This document shows, in pieces, positions 36,630-47,743 of a DNA stretch of 64,000 bases. The stretch lies in assembly GCF_963853765.1 (NCBI RefSeq), contig NC_088857.1, positions 19,592,001 through 19,656,000 of the forward strand, given 5' to 3'. The notes below the pieces were generated by a model. That model was not told the origin of the DNA. It was given only the letters and a program-made list of their open reading frames with translations, and did no database searches. Made by a program: the position numbers and the translations under genes. Position 1 is the stretch's first letter. Each line of letters begins with the position of its first letter. This DNA comes from Magallana gigas. Lineage: Eukaryota.

Positions 36630-39600
36630 TCAGCTGGTTTGTTTCTGGGTCAGCAGCTCCGCAACTTTATCCAGGAACTCAAAGGTGTTGAGGTAGTCTG
36701 ACCTTTGAACACTGAAATACGAAGTCATATGAGGAATTCGGTACCATGGCGATAATGTCATTTATGGATGTATACCGGTATGTATATGTTAGTGCTTTGG
36801 TAATTTATTTCATAGATCAAATGAAGTTTTTTATTTCAGCTATTAATACTAATCAGTACTTCTGTACATGTAAATTGGACCAAAAGAAATGTATGAAATT
36901 TATTTTTGTGAATTTTGATTAAAAATAAATTACCCTGTACTTTCAGATTATAGATCTCTGAAATTTATTTAACTTGAGTAAATCTACTTAAAATATTAAT
37001 TCGCTACGAAGATTTTACAAAATATTCGGCTTTCCACAAAATGACAAAACTCTTACCTATTCATGCCTTTGATACAGATGGCTAGATCTTTGGTCATTAT
37101 GCCTGATTCTATAGTCTCTATGCATGCCCTCTCTAGATTATCAGAGAACTTTTTCAGAGCATCGTTGTTGTCAAGCTTAGCTCTGTGTGCGAGCCCACGT
37201 GTCCAAGCAAAAATGGAAGCTTCAATCACAAAAAAGTCACAACATAAGTGAAGTAAGCTTTATCATAATGTTGAACTTAACTTTCACTCATTCATTCTAA
37301 GCACAGGTTTTTAATCAATGTCTGCATTGGAAAAAAGTAATTTACTAGTGCATGTATTTAATGAAGCCAATCCAAAATTTATTCAAATTTGTTCTTAAAC
37401 AGTGATAATCATTGATCAAAATCATTGAATATCAATAAGTTTAACATGTACATGTATATTGATTCAAATGAACAGATATCTTTCTTTAATAGTGTATCAA
37501 TAGTGTATACCTATGGAGTTTGTTGAAGTTTCGTTTCCTTTCTGATGTTGGCGGAAATGTCTGGTGACGGTTCCATGAGCTGCCTCAGCTTCGATGGTCT
37601 TGCCATCGGGGCAAACCAGTACACTGGTCATCATCCCGAGAGATCCAAAGCCTACAAAAACCAACAACAAGTACATATATGTAGTTGTAATTGTAACTTA
37701 AATGTACGTGTAAATGTACAACACTGAACATCTACACGGTCAAAATTACACAGTAAAAGCCCTACCCTGGTGGGTGCAGACACCTACCCTGAGCTACAGA
37801 GTCGGACTGGACATCTCCATCATAGTTCTTACACGCCCAGACAAATCCTCCCTCAGACTTCATTGCGTAGGCGACCATGTCGTCAATCAGACGGTGCTCA
37901 TACCAAATCTTCTTCTCCTCAAAGGCCTTTTGGTATTGCCTGAAGCAACAGATGTTAATGATTACCTCTGTGTGTTTAATCTAAAGAACATGTGCAGGTA
38001 CATGTACATTTTATTTCCTTATTTTTTTTAAAGTGCTTATTTGTGTTGATATCAATAAGTAAATAAGCTTACTTTTCATAAATCTCTTGGAAAATGTCCT
38101 TGAATCTACCATCATATTTCTTCAGAATTGTGTTCTTTGTGCTAAAAAATGGAAAAGTTATTGGTTAAGTAAAAATGTGGATCAAAATATACTTTTGAAA
38201 AATGTCTATTTTCTAGTTCACACAGTAATAAATAATTGTATTTAGAGAACAATGCTTGCATATCATTATGTAAAATATATTATTAAATAAACAATTTAAT
38301 TAATCCATCCAATGTACCTCAAGTATAATGGCCATTCTTTTTGAAGTGCAAACTGGAATGAACTATGGGCAAATTCTGTAATACTCTGGAATAAAGTTGA
38401 AAATTCTAAAATGTGTTATATCATGCCTTAATTCTGAAATAAAAGCATTAATAATGATTTTAATTACATTGAATTCCATTTATCAATTTTATAATAAATC
38501 TTTTTATTGATCCCAAACAGATACCTTATCGGTGTTGTACATAGCCAAGGCTACACCTCCAGACTCTGTGAAATCAAACACATTGAAGTTTTGTGCCTGA
38601 CTCCCATCTGTTGGTGTAAATTTGAGCTCTAGTTTTCCTGGCCCAGGTACAACAAAATCAGTGGCACGATACTGCAAGCAGAGAAGAACCAAGGTTAAAC
38701 AAAAAACAAAAATGGAGTTTCCAACTACTTTTACAAACTTAAACTGACAACTTCCTCAAATCTGGCACTAGAATAGCCAATATGAGTTTAAAAATTATGG
38801 CCATCACAGATGCACAGTTGAGGCACCTTTCTTGTTTTAAGAATTAGCACGTCAAATAGATAACAGCACTAAATATCGATGATTCAACAGTCCCCATTGA
38901 AACATTTGTGACTTTTCTCTATAAAAGAGCTCTCAGTTTAGTAGCTATAATGCTACTAGTGAATTGAAAACTTTGCAAGAATACATGAGAGGGTCAGGTT
39001 TATAACTGTGCTACATACTAACCTGATCGCCATAAGCATGACGTCCTATCACAATGCTCTTGGTCCATCCTGGGACCAATCGTGGAATGTTTTCGCAAAT
39101 AATGGCTTCCCTAAACACAGTGCCTCCCAATATATTCCTGATGGTTCCATTTGGAGATTTCCACATCTTTTTCAAATTGAATTCTAAAAAAAAATTTGGC
39201 AGAAACAAATTTTATGAATGTATGTATTGAAAAAATAGAAACTCTTACCTTTGGTTTACTGGAGCTCATTTCTTTGAGGAGTAAATGTCATTGTACATGT
39301 AGAATATGTGCAATGTATTAAAAACATTTGTATTTTAATTTGATTTAAAATATTTTTCTTTTAGTAATTTATATACCACTAGATAAATCTTATTCCTGCA
39401 GCTGTAATAAAAATGATACTTGATACTTTTTCTATTGGACTTTGGTGTGTTTTGGTAGTTTTTGGTCCTGACGTTTCAAAAACCGGGCAGCAAGTGAATG
39501 TTCTAATTTGAATTTGATTGGAAATATTTATCTTTGCTGAAGTTTAATCAGTGATTGTCAAGTCTATTAGATACCTACCTTCCACTCTTTTCTCATCAGG

Positions 39601-39711
39601 AGTAATGGTGGCACACTTAATGCCTACATTGTATTTCTTGATGGCATTGGCTGCATCAATGGTCACTGGAATAATTATCAAAGAGTTAACTCCCTTGAAA
39701 TCTGTTAGTAC

Positions 39712-39748
<37 letters not shown>

Positions 39749-41177
39749 AGGAGGAATGGGATACTTTCATTTTTGTGATGACATTACCTTTCAAGATCAA
39801 CAATAAATGAATCCCCATTTCATGTCATATGTACTAATACTGTTGGTTAAGATTAAAATGTTGGCTATATAGTGATCAGAAAGTCTAAAGTTGAGTTTTC
39901 TAAAAAAAAATTTTTAACCTTTATTAAAGTATTTGAAATAAATTATTGCATGTATGATGCATTCATTCAAACAAATTGTCCCATTCAACCTTAATCTCTT
40001 TATATTTACATCTACCAAGTATGATTCCCTCTATTTCTTACGGAAACTTATAGTTAATTCATAGCTCTATAGAAACAGCCAGACTGAAATCTACGCGCCC
40101 CATTTATCGATTGGTCGAAATCTACAGCGGCTGAAACTGACAAGAAAATGACAGGACAAATATCGACACGCCCTGTTTATCGATTGGTCCAAACCTATAG
40201 CGACCTAGGAAAAATCACGGACTGCACGAAATAACCATGACGATGTCAGACTCAAAGGAGACGATTTGGCTGTTTCTTTTAGCTAACTTACTTACGTACA
40301 TTAACAGTAATTAAGTGAATTTTACTTACTTTTCTTAATCAATTTATCAATAAGCTTAAAGAAAGATGTTAATATAAACAATAAAATGCTTTTTTTGATG
40401 ATTCATTTGGGTTATGAAGGTAGTGATCATTGCAGAAAAAATTTACATAACCCACGTTAGCGGGTTATGTATTTTTTCTGCAATGTCACTACCTTCATAT
40501 CCCGAATGAATCACCAAAGAAAGCATTTTATTGTTTAAATATACACAAAGCCAGAGGAAAAACTTAAGTTACTTAACTGTGAAACATTACATAACACCTG
40601 ATTAATGCATGTATTGTGTTTACCCTGATCATCTGTTGCATCACGGTTCTCAATGCCCAGATCATAGGAGTGAAGCTCCAGGTCCACAAACGGGAGAATT
40701 AGTTTCTGCTTGATCAAATCCCAAATTACTCTGTAACAGAAATAATACAAAATCTGGATAAAATGTTTTTTGAGCCAGAAAATGAGAAAAATATATGACT
40801 TGAGAGATAAAGTTTATCCTTAACTATAAACTGTTATGCCACACCAACGAAAGAATGCAAAATCCAGATCTTGAGCAAAATTTTAGATCCGCCCATGAGT
40901 TTTCACATTTTTGACAGAATAGATTGACGGTATAATTGTTGCAATTATGTAACAATAATTTTATTTTATGCAGTTCAGAATTTATTGTAGTATAAGACGC
41001 TCCGCCCACATAACTTACCGAGTCATTTCATCCCCCTGCATTTCAACAACTGGACCGCCTGTGAAGTAAAAAACAAAACGCCCATATCATAAACAAAATC
41101 TATCATATTACGCGTTTAATTAATTATATGCACATAAAACACTTGAATTTTCCTTTGGTACCTTTGATTTTCCCCAT
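36630..41177 (-). CDS. IDH1: Cytosolic NADP-dependent isocitrate dehydrogenase, 410 aa
   Basis: 12 exons: 41162-41177, 41019-41058, 40624-40730, 39579-39665, 39023-39183, 38525-38671, 38318-38385, 38073-38141, 37788-37939, 37511-37651, 37057-37219, 36630-36711. Total 1233 nt. Motifs: [94 protein letters not shown]. No mitochondrial presequence. Confidence 0.97.
40040..40537. mobile_element. Repeat element ending in a long palindrome (Crypton-like non-autonomous element?) in IDH1 intron 3
   Basis: Near-perfect inverted repeat with arms at 40375-40453 and 40462-40537 and an 8-nt loop. ATTTATCGATTGGTC-like internal repeats occur at about 40100 and 40175. The family assignment is from recall only. 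Confidence 0.55.
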
Positions 41178-41520
41178 CTTTAGAGTTTGTAGACCGGTAT
41201 AACCACGCGTACATGCACGTCAGACGTAGGCTTGAATGAACTTTGGACGCTACGGATATCCCTGTCTGTCATAATATAAGTGAGGTACCAAAGGGGGTAT
41301 TTATTACGAAAAAAAAATCCGGATGCAAAATAATAATTGAAATTACATTGAGATATATTTATAAAAATTGTAACCTTTTTTTCAGGACTTTAAGGTGTGC
41401 ACGTTCTTTAAATGATGTTGATTTTTTACGTGCACGTACGTCAAATGAAACTGAAAGTGAAAGTAAGCAGCTTGCACACTGGCACGACTAATACGCAGAT
41501 TTTGCACACAAGCTTCCAAA
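41178..41520. promoter_or_regulatory. Probable bidirectional promoter region of IDH1 and PARK7
   Basis: The divergent start codons at 41177 (-) and 41521 (+) are 343 bp apart. The region is locally CpG-rich and has four RCGTG cores. Confidence 0.7.
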
Positions 41521-44500
41521 ATGAAGACAGCCGCAGTTTTACTTGCAGAAGGTGCAGAAGAAATGGAAACTGTTATTTCAGTCGACGTTTTGCGGCGTGG
41601 AGGCGTATGCTTTTTTTGCAGTTTATTTTCAGTTAAAAAATAAATGTCATAACATAATTACATGTATGAAAATTTTATTATATATCACATTCTATATAGA
41701 TTTTTTTTTATAACCGAGGACGAATATATATATACGCCCTTGTTATATCATACATTTTATGACACCGAAGTTTTGATATTATAGCACAAGGGCTTGCATA
41801 GTTAAAATCATTATAGTTAAAAATAAAGTTGAGAACCAATGGCTTTTAATTCCTGTATCAAATTTCAAGATAAACGCCAGTTTCATCAGGTGTACTATGA
41901 CCTTGCAAAAAGTTCCATATATTAATGTCATATTCCCTATAATTTCTGATTCCCTATTACTTCTCCAGCTAGGCAACATTAATGGAAATCGCCCACTTTT
42001 ATTGATATCAACATTGAATATATATATATATATATTTTAGATTGATGTAAAGTTAGTAGGGGTGCAAGGAAGTGAAGCAGTGCTTTGCAGCAGAAATGTG
42101 AAAATTGTCCCTGATACAACTCTTGCAGAGGCATCAAAGTCTGCACCTTATGATGTAGTGGTGCTACCAGGAGGAGCAAATGGAGCCAAGAATCTCGCAG
42201 CTGTAAGTTTCTTAGACTAATGTTTAAGTGTTAAAAATTGAGATGAGACAATCTAATTAAAATCAGATGTTAGATACACTCGTTTACTAGCTTCACAAGT
42301 TGACATTTAATACATGTACATCTCATTGAGGTTCAAGTCAGAGTGGCCTTTCAGCTTGAGCTAACCAATGAAATTAATTGTTCTGAATCTTTGCATAAGA
42401 ATTTGGAACTTCTCAGGGTTTTTTTGGCATACATAGATGACCAAGGTGTTCTAAGAGAATGAAAACAAAACTTGCATGTAGCAAGTAGACAAATTATTTG
42501 TGGAGCACATGGCTCAGTGGTCATAGGCGTTAGGCCAGTAACAGTGCTGGTTCAAACCCTGCTGTAGTCACTTGATGTTGTGTGTTGTGCACTTAGACAA
42601 GGAACTTTATCTACATTGTCACAGTCCACCCAGCTGAAAATGGGTACCGGCTTATGTTTGGAGTTAACCTGCGATGGACTGGTGTCCCATCCAGGGGAAG
42701 TCAGTGACTCTCATCCAAAAACCGGGGATAAACATGGGCCTGATGCATCTTTATGTCACAGAGAAGGATTTAACTTTAACTAAGCAAGAAGACAAGTGGA
42801 TCTTAAGTCCAATTTTAATTAGATTAGAAAACAGAATTTAAGATTTCATATTTTCATGGAAATTAGTTGCATCAAACTGTTCAGAAACATTTCTGCTTAT
42901 ATATGGAAATTATTTTTGAATCCTTATGAATATATGATCAAATCAGCTCAACCCCTAGGCAATTGAACTTTATGTACATGTAGGTACCATTGGCAAAGAA
43001 CGATCTATATATGTAAATTGAAATTAGTGGCATCTATCAGTATTCTGATTAAATTTTTGTTTTGTTTTCAGTCTGCTGAAGTAAGAAATCTTTTGGAAAC
43101 ACAAGTGAAAAATAACAAACTAGTAGCAGCTGTGTGTGCAGGTATGTGCATAAAATATGCATGTAAAACAAAATTAATCTCATGAGTGAGCATAATGTTT
43201 ACCGATACATTCTTTTTGTCGTCATTGTCTAATCTTGGGCAATGACATTCAATTCATTCCCTGACCAGTTTGGAGTTAGGTTAATTCCTAATGCTTTATA
43301 TATGCAGACATAAATTTAATAAAAATCTTGTTTTACTGTTGTATGAGTATGACTGAAATGTTAGCACTTGATTTTCAATGTTTTCCAGGTATATGCTTTT
43401 CCTCAAGGTTGCAGTAAAATTCAGTTTAAAACTATTATAGAATGCAAACATACAAATATTTTTTGTGCCTTTGAAAACTGGTATTTATCATTCATTTACC
43501 GAGTACTTTTGTTTAAAGCACCCATTGCACTGGTAAGCCATAATATCAAACCAGGATCTACAGTGACCTCTCACCCCTCAGTCAAAGGCAAAATGGAGGA
43601 AGGTAGAAAAAGCTTCTTTAGTTTCTGTGGAATCATTGGAATTCATGGCGGCTCAATTTTCACTGTATTTGTGGATAGCTGCCCTCTCCCAAGAATTTAT
43701 ATCCTCCACGAAAACAAATTTGAAAGAATTTTCTTACTGAAATTCAAAAACTTGACGCATCCACAAAATTATACATCCTTAAGAATAAGCAAAAACATAC
43801 AATCCATGAAAATTTGTCCCCACAAATTCAAATGATTCCATTAAACAGGCATTAGATCTACTTTTTTGTTTTTCAAAAGCTTTAACTTTGTTATTTTTGC
43901 TGATATGGTTACACATGAAAATACCTGTACAATATATATCATGAAGCAAATATAATTTTTTTTTACATGTAAATTGTTTGATTATGTAAACTTTTGACTT
44001 ACAGTGAATTACAGAATACTGGTAGAGTTTTCAATAACTTGCTAGATTGCTTAAGGTGGCTCTATACACCCACAGTTTATTCCAATTTTCAATAGAAGAC
44101 CACAAAACATATACTTATCAAATATTAAAATGACAATAGGGATACTATAGGTATTTTTAAAGAATTTTTTAATGTTTTTTCGTGTTTTTGTAAAATATTT
44201 TTTAAAAAGACAGCTATCAACAAATTGAGAGAAATTATTTTGTCATATGATGAATATTTCCTTCGGACACATAAAAAAAATATAACACTTCTTAACATTC
44301 AAAAATGTTATTATTGCAATTTTTCTTAGTATTTCCCCAAAACATAATTTTTCATATTTTCTTACTCTGTTGACAAATCATCTGAAAAAGTTGCTTGATG
44401 TTATAAGAAAATGTATTTTAATAAATGTGACATAAAAAATTGAATGAAACCCATTGCAAATAAACACAAAAAATATTTTAAATTCTATTTGGTATGAAAG

Positions 44501-46197
44501 TTCCTCATGTAAGGGTTATCGTTCCTAAGTCCCAAGGCCCAAACAGCTTGGGGACTTTTCATTTCTGAGTTGAAGAAAATTTCCTAAATATAATGTTGGA
44601 ATGATAAATACATACATATTTCATTATAGACTTTGCCCTGTATAAGTGAATATATTCGCTTTAATGTAAAACTAAGTAAAATAAATAAAGGGGAACATTG
44701 ACTAGGCTAATACGATTTATGTATCCCAACTTGAGAGAAATTCAAAGCAACCCTCTCATCCCCGTTAGGTGTCTATATTAATGTGCATTAAAGTATATTA
44801 TAATTGAAATATGTTCACCTGTTAAGAATTTTCTTACACGGTATTCAACCAAAAATGCGTTTTAGAAATTTTTGGAAAGTTAAAAAATTTATGGTTCTCA
44901 ACGGGAATCGAACTCATGACCTACTGGTTTGTAGTGAACCCACTAACCCACTGCGCTACGGTGTAACATATCAATGATACTAAAGAAACTCTTTAAAAAT
45001 TTATACTTGATTTTATTGTTTATTTTGATAAATAATACAACACAACGTGAAGGTGTCACATACCACATTACTTGTAAGTAATGAATTTTCCAACTATCAA
45101 ATTAAATCTATTCATTTAACAAATTTTTCAAAAGAGCGGTTCCCATACAATTCGCCTCAGTTTAAATCAGCCAGTACCGGAAATGCATGTTTCCAGATTT
45201 ACTTTTTTGCGTACTGCGTCATCAAAAAGTGGTGTATAGAGCCACCTTAATAGGGTATTGAATTTGGTCAGCAAGGTATCACATTTAATTGGTTTAAATC
45301 TTGGTCATGTGATTACTCAGGTATAACAGCAAGAAAGTGAGTTATATCTAGTAAATATTTACACATTTTGAGCTTTTCTTGTTGAGAATATTTTCTCTTT
45401 GCTACATGTATCCTATATTTTTGCTATAAAAGTTTGAACCAATTAGGCAGTCACAGCACAAAAGCACTATTAGTGCTATATGTTGCACCAGGAGTTGAGG
45501 AACCTATTAATGATTTTGCTGGAAAAAATGATTGTTTGTTTCTTCAGAAAAGTCTTTTAAATTACCCGGTACATTAAATTTAAAAAAAAAAAAATTCAAA
45601 GTTACTCCCAGCAGAATTGATGCTCTAGAATCCAGCGCTGTCCAGGTGAACACTATTTTTAAAAATCTGTAAATAGAAATAACTAGCAATAGGAGAGAGT
45701 GTTCTAGAGACTTTCTTTGTGCAATCAATCTGATTAAAATCAGATCCTCGATTTGCTCCTTGTTTCTCTATTGTTGCATATAGCAACAATAAAAAGACAA
45801 GGTGTGGATCAAGGATCTGATTTTTTGTGCAATATGAATGGGTTGAATGTAAAAAAAACAATCTACACTTGAGTAACCGCAGGACCTAGAATTAAACCTA
45901 ATGTGATACCTTGCTAACCAAATTAAATACCCTATTGAATAATCTATTGAAAACTCTGTAATTAGCTGTATAAAATATGCAAGTTTGTAAGAAATAGTTT
46001 CTGAAATGTAGCACCGATCGGTACATCCTATTACAGGGGGCTACAAATACAGTGAGGACCGTGTAGTGACTGACGGCAAGCTGATCACCAGTAGAGGGCC
46101 GGGGACAACTTTTGAATTCGCACTGAAAATAGTGGAGACTCTTGAAGGCAAAGAGAAGGCAGATTCACTTGTTCAGCCCATGTTGCTGAAATTGTAA
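41521..46197 (+). CDS. PARK7: DJ-1/PARK7 (class I glutamine amidotransferase-like glyoxalase and redox sensor), 186 aa
   Basis: Exons 41521-41604, 42041-42202, 43072-43141, 43519-43602, 46037-46197 (561 nt). Motifs: [19 protein letters not shown] (Glu18), [16 protein letters not shown] (Cys106), TSHP (His126), LITSRGPGT. Confidence 0.96.
42493..42782 (+). mobile_element. tRNA-derived SINE in PARK7 intron 2
   Basis: A box TGGCTCAGTGG (42510-42520), B box GGTTCAAACCC (42549-42559), body motifs AAATGGGTACC and AACCTGCGATGGACT...CCCATCCAGGGG, and a (TTTAAC)n tail. A candidate 13-bp duplication AGCAAG(T/A)AGACAA lies at 42480-42492 and 42783-42795. Confidence 0.85.
43623..43830. mobile_element. 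MITE of the CTGTGGAATCATT...AATGATTCCA family
   Basis: Inverted termini. A related copy lies at about 52287-52492. Confidence 0.55.
44055..45246. mobile_element. Kolobok-like non-autonomous element, copy 2 (TTAA duplication), in PARK7 intron 4
   Basis: TTAA|GGTGGCTCTATACAC ... GTGTATAGAGCCACC|TTAA, with perfect 15-bp TIRs. Confidence 0.88.
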
Positions 46198-47360
46198 TGA
46201 CTGCAAGTCTCAAAGCAGAAATTGATGACTGTTATTTTCCCTACAAAGTTAGTTGGATTTTGCCATATAATTTTCAGAGAGAAAAAATTAGTGCTATATG
46301 TTGTTTGATTTTGTTATTTTGGAAGAAATATAACCATGTTGTTTTCCAAGGGGTGCTTTTTTGTGATCTTTATATTTCAAAATAAATTGATATCTGATAT
46401 CAACCATGGACATTTTCTTTATTTGACTCAAGTACATTGAAGCAAAAATAAGGAATCTTAATTATGGTTTATTGAAATTCTTTTATTTGCATCTCTAGTG
46501 GGCCCATAAGGTGGCCTCTGACACCTTGATATCAATTCTCAAGTCATCAGAAAATTATTCAACTATAATGATAGATAGCATGATGCATAAGAAGTACAGT
46601 ATATATATTACTCTGACAAATAGGAGAAAAATTTGCAATTTTGGATAAAAAATTATAATTTTTCAAAAATCTTTTATATTCAGTAAATATGGAGTTATAT
46701 AAGAGTCCTCCGCACACATGGAAAAGTTCTGTAAGCCCATTCTCCTAAAGGCTAAATTACTTAAAGATATTGATTTTTAGCACATGTTCATCTTGAAATT
46801 GACCCCCCAAAAATCAGTTTTTGGGGAAAAATAATCAACTTTTTAAATTTCACCGCTCTACATACAAATAAAAGTCCCTACAGTATCTGAACTCAGGACC
46901 AATGGGTTGGTAGACTATATGAGGGTACACCGATTGCGCAACAGAGATAGACACTTAATATTGGCGATATAAAGGGTTTCATAATGTGTTAAAATCGCCA
47001 TGTTGTGACGTACTGTCATAAAAATTAGAAGTCACTAGTTTTGAGCTAGCTAGGATCCCTAAACTAGTCTGGAGTTCACAAGTCTAGTTGATATCGATAT
47101 ACTCTAACCAGGGGGCTATATATGCAAGATATACAATCAAATTGATAGATACAAACAATTTAACAAAACATTTAAAGCGTCATCTTGATGTAGTGAGGAG
47201 CTTTAATAATTGGAACTTTCTTCATCATGTGCTTATACAAAAATTTTAAAATTTAAAGGCCTTAATTAAATACATTTAATGGTTTGTCATGCCTAATCTC
47301 ATTGCCTAATACAATGTACTAATGTATATGTACAATATCATGAACACACACACACAAACA

Positions 47361-47423
<63 letters not shown>

Positions 47424-47743
47424 GTGAGCAACACGGTCCGTAGGCATGTTGTTTAAAAACTATCATCTTAGTTATAATTTTAATTGAAAACTATAAATGA
47501 ATTTCGTTAAATAACAAAATACATTATTGAAAATTTACTCATCATGAACGATTTGATTTATCAAGACACCACGGGTCATGGGTTCTTAAAATACACAAAC
47601 CCGCATTCACTGCGGAACTGCCATTCTCGTCGTGATACGACAGCATGATCATATGGAGGGAGACTTTTGTGAATTAATTGAATTTTCTGGAGTGTTTAAA
47701 CTCATTAATATTACTTTACTTGATATAAACTTTATTTCACATA

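Noticed and set aside
46186-46200. PARK7 C-terminus -LKL as a PTS1, and readthrough at other stop codons
   Set aside because: Leu at position -3 is not a PTS1 residue. None of the other seven stop codons has the TGA-CTA context.
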